From positions 164,114,001-164,178,000 of the forward strand of contig OZ024743.1 of NCBI GenBank assembly GCA_964016885.1: a stretch of 64,000 nucleotides of DNA, read 5' to 3'. A program made the position numbers and the translations under genes. The notes under the pieces are model-generated. The model did not search any database. It had not been told where the DNA came from and saw only the letters and a list, made by a program, of their open reading frames with translations. The DNA comes from Eledone cirrhosa (Eukaryota). This document shows, one piece after another, positions 13,849 through 27,131 of this stretch. Position 1 is the first letter of the stretch. Every line of letters starts with the position of its first letter.

Positions 13849-15235
13849 TATATAATATTGTGCACTTTATATATTTTTTATTAAGGCCAAGTTTCAGTCA
13901 TGTTACACTGCAGTTTCTTTTGTATATTCACAAATATATAAATATAAGTGAACATGCTCTGGTGAATGTGTTATGTTAATGTGCAGTTGAAGGGATCTGG
14001 AGAAGAGATAGACCTATGAAGACATGTGATGAAATAGTGAAGATGGATTGTATGAAGCTGAATCTCATGACAGATAACAAAGGACAGCAATGATTAGTGA
14101 CATGCAGGACTTGAAAAGGACTCGCCTTCTCCTCGCCATGATCTTGTTGCTCCTTAGATTCTACTCTCACCATCATTGTACCCTCCTCACTCAGTTACCC
14201 CACCATCCCCTCTGCCAGGACCTTCTTACACCTTTAATATTTCAAGAAACATTAAGAATATTACAAATTTTTGAAAATTAAGTTAACTTACAGTTAACAG
14301 TGACAAAGCATGTTTTTTGTCTATGAAAAGTTGAACATGGAGTTGGAAGAAAGTGGACAGCACCACATGTGAGAACTCACACTTGCCTAAAGTTTTTTAT
14401 CAGCCAGGAATGTAAATAATCTACTTTTAGAAATGTTGAGTGAGTTAATAATTTTTGAAAATTTAAGTTAATTAGGGAAGTTTGTCATTGAATGGGCTCA
14501 AAGTTTCTATCAATTGTATAGAGATGGGGAATAGCATGGGATTATGATAGGGGACGTAAGAAGGATGATCTATATATAATAGAAGTCATGAGGTTCAAGT
14601 GGTGATGTGGGGGAAAGGAGTGACAATTGTTTATATATATAATCATCATCACCGTTTTAAGTCCATTTTTCCATGCTTGCATGGGTCAGACACGCCGTCT
14701 GCATTTAGAGAAAAGACTGGCTAGGATTGGCCTCGCTGTGCCTTGCTCTGACTAGACTGTAAATTTGGCCAGGGTTCTTACAGCTGGATGCCCTTCCTAA
14801 CACCAACCACATTTATAGTGTGGAACTGGATGGCACTGCTATAAGGAGGGACAGGCCAGTTGGCCACATCAAATTCTTCTCACAGCGAAACCACAGTTTG
14901 GAAGCCACAACCATATTTACAGTTGTACTGGATGGCACTGCTATGTGAAGCGACAAACAAGTTATTTGCGCCTAACCCTTCTCACAGCAGAACCACATTT
15001 TGGGAACCTGGCACTGGATGGCACTGCTATGATGATGGACAAGCCAGTTGGCCATGCCACATAAGTGGAATGCAGACCTCTCAACATGTCTAGGAGGTCA
15101 GTAGCTCTGATTCAGTACAGATTTGGTCTATGTAAACACCTTCATTCTCAGCTTCTACTCCAGGTCTTGAAATATGTTGCTCAATTAGGCCATTCCTGCT
15201 TTTAATATATATATATATATATATGCATTGAAAAC

Positions 15236-15560
15236 CCCCTTCGGTCACGAATGACCATGTGATTTGCACCTAGAAAGTTTTCCTCTGAGGCACAAGTCCA
15301 GGCAAGATCGTTTGAGGAAGATCAGCAGTCGCCCATGCATACCAGCCTCCCCTCTCCACACCACCGATGATGTCCAAGAGAAAGTATATGGCTGATACAG
15401 CTTGGCACCAGTGACATCGCAATTCATTTCTAGAGCTGAGTAAACTGGAGCAACCTGAAATAAAGTGTCTTGCACAAGGACACAACGCACCACATGATCC
15501 GAGAATCGAACTCACAACCTTTCGATTGCAAGCCCAATGCTCTAATCATTAAGCTATGCA
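15236..15560 (-). mobile_element. tRNA-derived SINE (CORE-like centre, long 3' body) in a (TA)n tract
   Basis: Minus-strand A/B-box head (gagttcgattct) and gtgtccttgtgcaagacactttatttca centre. Confidence 0.8.
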
Positions 15561-15587
15561 CCTTTATATATATATATATATATATAG

Positions 15588-18020
15588 GACAACTGTATCA
15601 ATTATTTCTGCTTATGCACCCCAATCAGGATTACCAGACGTTACTAATGACAGGTTCTATGAGTCTCTAATGCTTACTACTTCCCAGATACCCAACAGTG
15701 ACTATATAATTATTGCTGGTGACCTTAATGGTAATGTTGGACAACATTGTGATGGCTATGATGGTGTCCATGGAGGTTATAGATTTGATACTAGAAATGA
15801 GGAAGGCTTCAGGATCCTGGAATTCTGTGATGCAAATGACCTGACTGTCTGCAACACAAACTTCAAAAAACGTGACAGTCATTTGATCACTTATAGATCA
15901 GGGGAGCACACCAGCCAGATAGACTTTATCTTTACTAAGTCCCGTCCTTGTGAAGAATGCGCCTCCCAACATAAGTTAATAGTAAGTGACCTCATAGTCA
16001 GGGCCAGACATAATTGCTGGCAGAGCAATACCTTAAGAAGATTATGGAAGTTGAAGAACCCCACAGCCAGTAACAAATTCAAAGGCATATTACTTTAAGG
16101 AAGATAGTGGGAATTCCTGAAAGTTGAAGGCAACTGATGAAATCTGTGGCTGGAGCAGACTGTTAGGCAGGAGGAGAGTGATATGGTGGTGGAACAGTAA
16201 GGTGGAGGAGTCCATCAAGGGCAAAAAGCAGGCATGGAAAGAATGGCAGGACGGGGTTGTAGAGAACACTATCAAGTAGCTAGGAGAGAAGCTAGACAAC
16301 AGGTATACCTTGCAAAAAGGGAAGCAGAGGATAGTAAGTTCAAGCATATTCTACAATGTTAGGACCAAAGACGTGAGATATTCAGGGTATGAGGCAATGT
16401 CATGTAGAACTGTGATATTGTCGGGCAGATGTGTGTCCATAATGACGATGGTGTACTTGCCCTCACTGATAGTGATAGGAAGGTAGCTTGGAAGTATCAC
16501 TACAAGAGACTACTGAATGTGGAGAATGAATGGAATAAAGATAGTCTGCCCCATAATGACCCAATAAAAGGACCAGCTGTGCAAGTTGATGGTAGTGTAG
16601 TAAGTAAGGCAATCAAAAATATGAAGACAGGCAAGGGAGCTGGGCTTTCAGGGATAGTTGCTGAAATGTTGAAGGTGGAACATACCCGGATAGTAAACCA
16701 AGTAATACAAAATAGGGTCATACCAAATGACTGGCGTAGTAGCATCATCATCAATTGTTACAAGGGCAAAGGAGACGCCCTGGATAGAGGAAACAATAGG
16801 GGTATTAAATTAGTTGACCATGTCATGAAAGTCACAGAAAGAGTTATTACTCAACTGATTAGAGACCAAATTGATCTAGATGAAATGTAATTCGGGTTTG
16901 TGCCAGGTAAAAGTACCATGGATGCTCTTTTCCTTGTACAGCAATTACAGGAGAAATACCTAGCTAACAGTAAACCCCTCTACTTAGCTTTTGTTGACCT
17001 GGAGAAGGCTTTTGGCAGAGTCCCACGCACTTGAATCTGGTGCGCTCTTGCAAAACTAGGAGTGGAAGAATGGCTTGTGAGAGCTATACAAGCCATGTAT
17101 AGAGGAACAGTCAGCAAGGTTAGAATTAACAAAGAATATAGTGATGAATTTAGCGTAATAGTAGGTATTCACCAAGGCTCCGTCCTTAGCCTCCTCCTAT
17201 TTAAATAAATAACAGCCCTTCAGGCTATAACAGAAGGGTTTAAGACCGGCTGCCCATGGGAACTTCTATATGCAGATGATCTAATTCTCATAGCTGAATC
17301 AATGGCTGAACTAGAGAGGAAGTTCCAAACATGGAAGCATGGCCTTGAATCAAAAGGCCTTAGAGTCAACTTGTCTAAGACTAAAGTTCTAGTTTGTAGG
17401 AAGGAGAATAGAGCGCAGGTACCCTCTGGGAAATGGCCATGCTCAGTATATAAGAAAGGAGTAGGCAGAAACTCCATTCTCTGTCCCAAATGCAAACTAT
17501 GGGTACATAAAAGATGTAGTGGGATCAGAGGTAAGCTATCTAAGAATGTAGATTTTATATATGGCCAATGCTCAGGTGCAGTAAGTAGCAAGGACCCACT
17601 GGATGATATCTCCTTCAACTGCCCAGATTGTTCTATAGAAATAGTAGACACCTTCCATTAGCTTCCAAAATCAGCAGTGGAGGAGGGTGCTCTGAAAGTG
17701 TAGTAGTCAGAGTTAGAACGGGATGGAAAACGTTCAGAGCTAATATCGCTGTTGGCCACAAGGGGTTTTTCTCTAAAAAATGAAAGGCATATTGTATGAT
17801 GCATGTATACGAACGGCGATATTACATGGTAGTGACACTTGGGCATTGTGTGCTGAAGACCTACGTAGATTAGAAAGAAATGAAGCTTGCATGCTCCAAT
17901 GGATGTGTAATAGTAATGTGTGCGAGATAAGAGGGAGACTAAGCATAAGAGGTATCAAATGTTGTGTTCTGGGGAGAAGATTGCGTTGGTATGGACATGT
18001 GATGCGTATGAAGGATGACA
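15588..18020 (+). mobile_element. RTE LINE (APE + RT), 5' part, interrupted by a nested RTE
   Basis: IISAYAPQSG...IIAGDLNGNVG...SQIDFI (APE), YKGKGDALDRGNNRGIKL, ELLYADDL (RT), GKWPCSV...CPKCKLWVHKRCSG. Confidence 0.95.
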
Positions 18021-20165
18021 TCATCATCATTTTATGTCCACTTTTCCCTGCTTGCAAGGGTGGGACGGGTCCTATTCAGCACAGCATCTCTCCACTTGTC
18101 ACGGACCTTCGTCATCTCCACCGTGAGCTTCAGCGATCTAAGGTCTGCTCTCACCACCTCCGCCCATGTTTTTTGTGGTCTTCCTCTACTACGTCTTCCT
18201 TTCTTGGCACTTCTTCACCCATCGGTCATCCTCCATGCGCATCACATGACCATACCATCGCAGTCTCCCCTCCCGCACACTACAATTTATCTCTCAACAC
18301 ATCCATGCTCAGTCATTCACGCACATTGACATTACACATCCAACGGAGCTTGCTTGCCTCGTTTCTCTCCAGCCGTCGCATATCCTCTGCAGTTACTGCC
18401 CATGTCTCACTACCTTGCAGCATCGCGCACCTCACACAGGCATCATATAACCGGCCTTTCGTACGCAGAGAGAAACCCTTCTTCGTCAGCAGAGGAAGCA
18501 GCTCCTTAAACTTCTTCCAACCCGTCCTTATTCTAGATACTATGGCCTTGGAACACCCCCTCCCATGCTGATCTGATCACCTAGGTACCGTAAGCTATCA
18601 ACCACTTCTACAGCACCGACCTGTATTTGAAAAATGTGTTTATCAATGTGACTTCTACTGTCAAATTTCCCTGTACATCTACTGCATACGTATTTCTGCC
18701 CACCTGTTAGTTTGCCTGCTATTCCACTACATCTCTTGTGTACCCAAGATCTGCATTGTGTACATATTATAGAATTTATGCCAGTTCCTTTTCTGCATAT
18801 CGAACATGACCATTTCCCTGACGGAATCAAAGTTTTGTCCTCTTTTCTACTCATCAACACTTTTGTCTTAGTTAGGTTCACTCTCAGTCCTCTTGATTCC
18901 AACTGCTGTTTCCATAGCCAGAATTTATTCTCTAGCTCCTCTACTAATTCTGCTATAAGAACCAGATCGTCAGCATAGAGAAGTTCCCATGGACAGCCAG
19001 TCTTAAACTCATCTGTTATGGCTTGGAGGACTATAATGAACAAGAGCGAGCTGAGGACCGAACCATGATTTACTCCTACTTGTATCTGTAATTCCTCACT
19101 AAAATCCATTCCTACCCTGACTTTACTGACAGTACCTCTGTACAAAGTTTGCACTGTCCTCACAAGCCATTCCTCAACACCTAGTTTCCTTAGGGACCAC
19201 CAGATGACAGATCGAGGTACCCTATCAAAGGCTAAGTATAGTGGCTTATTTTTTCTTCTCTAAGAACCTCTCTTGCAATTGTCTCACCAAGAAGAGGGCA
19301 TCTGTTGTACTCTTCCCAGACACAAAACCAAACTGCATCTCATCTAGTTTGACCCTTTCTCTAATTAGTTGCGCTAATATCCTTTCTGCCACTTTCATAA
19401 CCTGATCCATCAGTTTCATACCTCTATAATTGCTGCTCTCCAGAGCATCCCCTTTAGCAATTTCTGAGAATACTGCTGCAACCTGTTTAGTGCCTACGTC
19501 CCCTGATGCCTTCAGCATCTCAGCAACTATCTCCGATGGTCCAGAAGCCTTACCATTTTTCATTTCCTTAATTGCCTCTTGGACTCTATATTCGTCAATC
19601 ACAATAGCTGGTCCCTCTGTCGGATCTACTGAGAGTAATTTCTCTCTCTCCCATTCGTTCTCCACATTCATCAGTCTCTCATAATGACATTTCTAGGCCT
19701 TTTTTTTCTGATCATTCATGACACTAAGTACACCGGCATCATTCCGGCCACATTTATCTCCAACAACATCCTGATTTGCATTGACACACTGCCTTGCAAT
19801 GCGGAACACCGCACGCCTCTGATCTTCCCATCGCAGAACATTGGCAAACCTCCTACTATCAGCCTCCCTGTGTGCTAAGTACACCTGTCACGTCTAGCTT
19901 CTCTCTTAGCGGCTGTATATCTTCTCTACTCCCACCCTTTTTCCAAGCATTCCATGCTAGTCTTTTGTCTCTAATGGCCCTATCTACTGTGCTGTTCTAC
20001 CACCAGGTCACTCTCTGTCTGGTTGAAACTCTGCTCCACCCACAAGTTTTATCAGTAGCCTGCAGTAAGTTGTCACGTAAGAAATTCCAGTCATCATCTA
20101 TGTCATACAACTCTAAATCGTCTTCTTTTTCATCATACACATCTTGAAGGGCTTTCCTAAATTTG
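18021..20165 (-). mobile_element. 5'-truncated RTE LINE (second subfamily) nested in the previous element
   Basis: Minus-strand RT (GCPWELLYADDLVL). (ATG)n tail at 18020-18031. Host sequence resumes at 20166. Confidence 0.95.
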
Positions 20166-20655
20166 CAGTTGTATAAAAAAGTGCAGGGCAATGAAAATTG
20201 ATGGAAGTTAAGGAGTGGGTAGACCAAGAAAAACCTGGGGCGAGGTGTTAAAAACTGACCTTGTCCACCTAGACATCTCTAAGACAATGACACTGGATCG
20301 AGACCTTTGGTGCCATGCAGTTGTACAGAAGGCCCGACTGCCATTGCATAAAAACCTACAGTTAGTAGGCACCTCTTAACTCAATGTACACACCCTACCT
20401 CTCCCGTTGGGTCCACTGTGTCAATGACAACAGACCACACTGCAAGGTGGCCGTGTAGGAGACATGGTGAAAAGGCTCCCAGTCCACACTGTAAATGTGG
20501 TTGGTGTTAGGAAAGGCATCGAGCTATAAAAAGAAACCTGCCAGAGACGCTTCCGTGCGAACGAGACATGGTCTCCTGACCATTCCCACATCAAATGGAA
20601 CAAAACCGTCTAACCCATTCTAGCGTGGAAGATGGACGTTAACGATGAGGATGAA
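20166..20655 (+). mobile_element. 3' remainder of the RTE that starts at 15588
   Basis: cagttgtataaaaaagtgcagggcaatgaaaattgatgg continues the host ORF (compare 42530-42570). Family 3' UTR ends in a (gat)n-like tail. Confidence 0.9.
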
Positions 20656-23600
20656 GAGTGTTGAAGCATTGTGGGATAATAAAAATGGTCGTTTTGGAAG
20701 CCTCAACAATGCAGATGGGTAAATCTCCGGGTAACAGAAATGAGAGAGATGTAAGAGGAAATGTAGAATGAGACATAGAGAGATTATAAAGGAATGTAGG
20801 AAAAGTGTAAAAAATAATAACACAAAATAGAGTTACCTTGGAAGTGATTTAATAGTCCCTATATTTTGGATTTCGCATCCATCAACTGGGGGTTTTCTGA
20901 GGGGAAAAAGTTATGTCAGAGCGAGACAACACGTGGCCTCCGCTGTTTACCATGTGCCTATAACTGAACTACTCACTCTAGGCTGTGGAATAGCTGCAGT
21001 CAAACAAAGTTCGAGGCAGTTCTTCTATGTTAGAGTAGTGGGGTGGTGATGTGTCAAAGTGTACGCGTCTTCGCTGTCAATTCCTTACGTTTAGTCTGTG
21101 ATAGTGGAGGTCACTGGCAGGCTTGGTAATGGTAGTCTGCCTGCCTGTTGTCTGTCGATTGGTGGGTGGCGGGCATGATATACACACAACAATCACTTGA
21201 TTTTCACTATGTGTGTTGTTGTTTCATTTGTATACACCAGCCATCTTGTCTCACTTCTCTCGGATTGATTATTGATTTGTGTTCCGAGGCGTTTGATACA
21301 GAGTGCCGACATTGTGTTCCGTCGCTAACACTGTGACAATGGGCCTTCCATCTTTGTTTCCGCATTTCATTATGTGTTTCTAGAAAGACGAGGCCCTGGT
21401 GTTGATGTGTTCCTTGATCCGGACATGTAGTGGCCGGATGGTGCTACCAATGTAGAATTCATTACGCTTGCCACATTCGATCTTGTATATGACATACGTG
21501 TGTAAGCAACAGTTCGTCTGACGTATCGGACAGTTGCTGAGGGAATACACATCAACTGACTTGTCAGGTTTCCATAGGGAGGGCCAAGTGGATATCGAGG
21601 CCCTCTCTCCGTATGGCCCTGTAGATAGCATTGGTGGTCTTGCCCAGGTGCGGGATCTTACGGAAGCACTTACCTTTCGTGTTTCTCTACCTCATGTGTC
21701 TGGTGTCCCTTACTCTGCTTGTAAATGATGTTGGGTATCCATTCGTCTCCAGCACCCTGTGGAATCGCTTGGTATGGGTGACACCACTCACGGGATCGCT
21801 GCTTCTATTTTTAATCTGCGTGATCTCATTCGTGATGTACCCTCTTTTAGCATTGTTAGGGAGGGCAGATTTGTAGTGGACGAACAAGTCCCTGCAGGCC
21901 ACCTTGCGGTAAAAGTTGGTGTTGATCTCTTCCTGTTCCGTGATGTTGATTCGAAAGTCGAGGAGGGCAAGGGACCTGTTGTCGTTGGGATTCTCAACAC
22001 TGAAGTTAATATTCTCGCCATCTCCTGGGAAGATGTGAGGATGAGGATGTCATCCACGTATCTTGAGAAGAAGGCAACAGCGTTGGTGTGGCAGGTGTTG
22101 AGTGCCTTGCGTTCTAGGCTGTCCATATACAAGGTCTGCTGGTATGTGTGGTCGAGAAAATTCAAATATGTGTTCTCAACAACAATGGATAGGAGTTGGT
22201 TGATGTCAGTGGGGGTGAGCCCAAAGCAGTGTAGGTGGGTAGACTGGACACGTTCTGTCAGTATATTGACGGCCACATTAAGGCTGAAAGCATATCTGTT
22301 ATCCCTTTGGTGTCGGGATCCATTTGGTGTAGACGCTCCAAGACTTCCTCGGAACTGTTGACATGTCCCAGTAGGGGTTTTAGTATTTTGGCTAGGAGCC
22401 ATGAAATTTGGTAGAGCGGTCCTTCCACGCTCGATACAATAGGCGTGATTTTCAGGTCGGGTCCCTGTTTGTGGGTTTTCACGAGGTGATAGGAGGGTAG
22501 TCTACTGTTTCTCGTGAGGAGGTTGTTTCTAAGCTTCTTCAGGACTTTCTGCCGGTCGCATATGTTGGTCGAAGTGGTGTTGATCTGTGCAGGAGTGATC
22601 CTCTGACCTTAGAGTAGAGGATGTCATCGTCAAGGTGTTGGAGAGCTAGGGTCTTGTAGGTCTCTCTGTTGATGAATTCCTTTCCCTTGTCGAATGGGAA
22701 GTAGATGAGGTTCCTCGATTTCAGGTTGGTGAGAGTGGTGAGTTGTGATTTAGTAAAGTTGTGTGTTGTGCGTTTATGTAGGATGTCGGAGATAGTGTTT
22801 CAACCTGTGGAGTTTAGTGTCGAGTTTGTGGTTGGTGGGTGGGGAGTGAAGAGGGTTGTCAAGGTACGTGGGTAACTTGGGGCATGTTGTGTAAGTACTG
22901 TCATTTTCCGTGGTACTGTTGATGGCGGTCACCCATTTAAGTTGGTAGGCAGTTCAGCAGAAATTGGCTTCGATGTGGAGTTTAAGTCTGTCGTTGTGAG
23001 GGTACCGGTTCGGTCGGTGACCAGGTGCATCGCATCGTTGAGGTGTGGCTCGGTGTTGGTGGATGCAGCGGTGGCGATTGTTATGTTGCTGTCCATTATG
23101 TGGTCCTGGACTGACTGTCTGTTAGTCTCAGTGTTTTCGATGTGGAATTTATGCAAGGTCCACTCAAATTTTCACTTGAGCCATTTCTTTTCATGTTGGA
23201 CTCTGGAGTGGTAAGACTGGTCAATTGCTTTTGTGGTTTTAAGGAGCAAGTCGTTAGGTGTCAGTTTTAAGTGTTGTGTCCGCTCTTAGAGTGTCCGTTT
23301 ATGGATGTGCAATTGACGGTGATGTCACAGGATCTTCTTGATACATAAGCGGTGTATGCGGCTAGCGGTGTTTTCAAAGGCTGGTGTTGTAAGCATCCTG
23401 GTAAACAGATCTTCTTGATGGTGGTGGAGATATCATCGTTCTTTTGGCAGCCAACTTTGTCCATTTCTGACAGCAGCTATCGGGCACGCACACGCACCCG
23501 ATAGAGTAGTTCAGTTGTAGGCACACAGTAAATAGCGGAGGCCACATGTTGTCCTTCTCCGACAACTTTTCCCCCTTGGAAAACCCCCAGTTGATGGATG

Positions 23601-23795
23601 CAAAATCCGAAATATAGAGACTATTAAATCACTTCCAAGGTAACTCTATCTCGTGTTATTATTTTTTACACTTTTTCTATGTCCCTTTATACGCTCTCTG
23701 TGTCTCTTTCAACACTTCCTCTTACATCTCTCTCTCATTACCATCTGATTCTGTTACCCCAAGATTTACTCATTTGCATTCCAAAACGACCATTT
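20655..23795 (-). mobile_element. Penelope-like retroelement (RT + C-terminal GIY-YIG) with inverted pseudo-LTRs
   Basis: KTHKQGPDLKITPIVSS, FFSRYVDDILIL (RT) and VIYKIECGKRNEFYIGSTIRPLHVRIKEH (GIY-YIG). About 290-bp arms at 20683-20975 and 23503-23795 are inverted copies. Confidence 0.92.
23584..23619 (+). ncRNA. Hammerhead-like motif with non-canonical CAGUUGA core (PLE pLTR)
   Basis: cccc CAGTTGA t ggat-gcaaa-atcc GAAA tata gag. Homologs at 20857-20892 (-) and 47622-47657 (-). Confidence 0.55.
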
Positions 23796-23804
23796 ATATA
23801 TATA

Positions 23805-23853
<49 letters not shown>

Positions 23854-24340
23854 AGAGAGAGACAGAGAGAGCGAGCGCGAGCGAGTAATGCTGTGTTTGT
23901 GTGTTGGTTGGTGTGGCAGGAATGTTTGTAGTAATAAACTTAGGTATAATGGGTGAAGTTTGAACGTATAAGGTTGATGTGTCCCATATAAAATGGTGTT
24001 TGAAATATCATAGTGAATGAACAATAAACTAAAATCGCTACTTTAATAATTTTATTACTAAATAACTTGCTACAAGGTTCTTGTGATAAGATAGGAAAAC
24101 AAAGACATTCAAAGTTGAAGGAAAACCCGATATCCATAGTTGACTTATGTGATATGTATGAGTGTGTGCATAGTCCAAAAAAGAGGATATTCACAGTTGA
24201 TGAATGGGTCTAACCTTTGTTGAAGTGCTAATGGGAATATCGCTGTCTCACCCACTGGCTAAAGTGAGTGTCTGATTGATGACTACATAGCTTTGTTATT
24301 ACTGGAACAAACAGAGGAGGGCAGAATGAATTTGATGAAA

Positions 24341-24455
24341 CCACAACTATCTACCACAACTATCTACCACAACTACCTACCACAACTATCTACCACAACT
24401 ATCTACCACAACTATCTACCACAACTATCTACCACAACTATCTACCACAACTATC
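24341..24455. repeat. 13-bp minisatellite (CCACAACTATCTA), about 9 copies
   Basis: Direct reading; near-perfect units. Confidence 0.95.
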
Positions 24456-24693
24456 TCAGATGAACTCCAGTTGGCCAATTTCCCAGATAAGCTGGCAATA
24501 GTAGTGCCAAACGAAGGAATTGAACTTCTATGATGCCAAAAGGTCAGCATGTATAGTCATACTGACCTACTTAGGCCAACATGAGAACAAAAGTTCAAAT
24601 CAGACCAATTGCATTCGCTACACACACACACATATATATATATATATATGCTCTCCTGTATGAGATACATGGCAAATTGGCATATAACTTCCT

Positions 24694-24755
24694 AGGTACT
24701 CAGTTTCCCAAAGTGAGTCAATTTCACCTCATTCATTTGCCTCATTCATCAGCCT
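24694..24755 (-). ncRNA. Minimal type I hammerhead motif
   Basis: Minus strand: agg CTGATGA ... GAAACTGAGTA cct (GUA site, 3-bp stem I, irregular stem II). Island between TA tracts. Confidence 0.5.
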
Positions 24756-25088
24756 GATTACATATATGTATGTGTGTGTGTCTGTATTATTATATAACTC
24801 GTCAAGGTTAGCTTTGCCTTTCATCCTTACGGGGTCGATAAAGTAACGCACCAGTAATACACTGGGGTAATTGCTGGCCTTGTGCCAAAAGTAGAAACGA
24901 TTATTAGATATTTCTGGCAATATTACCCTCCCTAAATATAACAATATTTGTTTCAACACGTGTGTGTGTGTGTTTAATGAAGTTATCCGTCTAGCCCAGC
25001 CAGTATCCAATGAATTTACAAAAATCGTATGTTGTAAATCCGAATTTGTAACCCAGAGTTGACACTATATGTTAATCTATATATAATA

Positions 25089-25480
25089 CTAGTAGAGGTA
25101 CCCGGCGTTGCTCGGGTATTAAATAGCAGTTGTGTATACCATTTATGTCAATACTTCAAAATGGGGTTCCTGCCCCCAGGGGTCCCCTACTCAATATGTG
25201 CCAATTCTGAGAGTTCACATTCATCTGTAGGACAAACGTAGCCCATGTGTCAAGTTTTGTGAAAATCGGTTGCGAACTCCAGAAGTTATGACGTTTTGTT
25301 GCACTGCACTGCAGTGCTTCCAGTCGACTCCAAGGAAGTGGTTAAAGGGGGTTATCTGCCGGGAGGCCCTATAATCAATATCTGGAAAAATGAAAGTGCC
25401 CATGACCATCTGGAGTACATAAGTACTCTATGTCTTAAGTTTGGTGAAAATACTGTAGAAATGCATAAGGATTATACATA
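25089..25480 (-). mobile_element. Non-autonomous Helitron (3' end intact)
   Basis: Minus strand tacccgagcaacgccgggta hairpin followed by CTAG|T at 25089. Confidence 0.75.
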
Positions 25481-25484
25481 CACG

Positions 25485-27131
25485 TGGGTGTGTATGTATT
25501 TGTGTGTGCGTATGTATGTGTATGTCCATCAGGGCATACGAATGTACTGGCCTAAATCTTCACTATTTACTTTTACTATTTTAATAACCTCTGTCATTTT
25601 CGTTTTCAATTTTATTTACATCATTCTTAAACTCCGGGGCTGGAAATCATTCTGTTATTTTAAATAGAATATTAGTCTAACGACTCAATTTACACCATAA
25701 ACTTGGTCTTGTCTTTGCATGAAATTGTTCTTCTTGCTCCACATAACGACGTATTATCACGTATTATCCTTGCTTTTTTTCCGTTCACTGCCAGGGAATG
25801 TCTTCACGAACCAAAATATCGTCTTCCTGTTTTCCTTCGGTTGCAACGTTTCTCGAAATATTTACTTCTGCGTTCACAGATTACTCTCAGTTCAATTTGA
25901 ATGGGGAATTCCTGTTTCATTGATTTTCTCCGTAACCATAGAAGCTTGTAGCTTGAAAATCGACCCAACGCCTCTTCGGGTCATTCTGCATAACTGTGTA
26001 AACTACACACAGAGGCAGAGAGAGAGAGAGAAATAGGCCGTTATACAGAGAGAGATACAATTAAAGTGTAGAAAGAGAATGACATCCCACAAAAGTCTAG
26101 AATCGGCTTAAACTATAAATCAAAGTATCAGTTGAATGTTTAACTATATTGCGTTAGCTTTTATAAAATCGTTTTACACCAGTCTTTGATTTTACAGAAC
26201 ACAGAAAAAAGTGATACTATTTGAAATCAATCTACGGTATATATTAATCTAGCTTTTTGAGGATAGTGTCATGTTATTGAACTAAGTCAGCTATTTGCAT
26301 TTATTTCTATTTTTTTAATATTGCTTTGTATTGGGTTTTTTTCATGATATTTTGCAAGAAAATTAATTTCATCATGTCACCAAAACACCGCTCACCTATC
26401 GGTGTAGTTACAATGTCCGCCAAACAGTTGAAATCTTCAAGTGAAACTCACGAAAAATATGAAAAAGACTTGGGAATAAAAGGACAAGTCAACATTGTGA
26501 TACTGAGCAGAATATGAGACGGGAAACAGAAAGGTTAAGACAACAAGAAAGACGATTTCAACTTTCTGAAAGTGTACATATTTTGAGAAGGGAAACAGAA
26601 AGATTAAGGCAATAAGAAAGACTATCACAACAAACAGCAGTTCAATATGAAAATCACAAAGAGGCAATGAGCGGCAGAATAAACTGGCTAAGAGTTGCAT
26701 TTTCATATGATCCATCTCAGAATTATAGAAATGATCCTAAAGTCGCAATTGGTAGCATGGATATTACAATGTGTTGCTTAGGAGGAAATGTCGGACTTCC
26801 ACTGATAGAGGACCCTCCAGCTTTTATCCATATACTGCCTACTGACCATACTAAGGAAGCTAAACACTGCAGAAGCAATGCTTAGCGGTATATTGCTGCA
26901 TTTCAGATGACGTCCTTTGGAACTGAAAAAGATCATACTAACTATGGTTATTTCACATTTAAAATCCAAAGCCAATGCAACCATTTAGTCAGCAGTTTAC
27001 TTCCCCAGCCTAATAAGGAAGTTTTATCATTGCTTTTTTTATGTCTCTCTCTCTCTCTCTCTCACACACACACCCAATACCGTTGTTTTCTCTTAACTGT
27101 TCTCCCGGGCGAAGCCGGGTACCTCAGCTAG
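25485..27131 (+). mobile_element. Internally deleted Helitron carrying a Rep N-terminal relic
   Basis: MSPKHRSPIG..., AFSYDPSQNYRNDPKVAIGSMD...MCCLGGNVGLP, MTSFG...FKIQSQCNHLVSSLLP. 3' hairpin cccgggcgaagccggg then CTAG|T. Shares cgaaatatttacttctgcgttcacaga with the 12490 element. Confidence 0.88.

Noticed and set aside
17780-18571. 263-aa ORF as a novel gene
   Set aside because: Chimera of the host RTE frame reading through into the antisense of the nested RTE.
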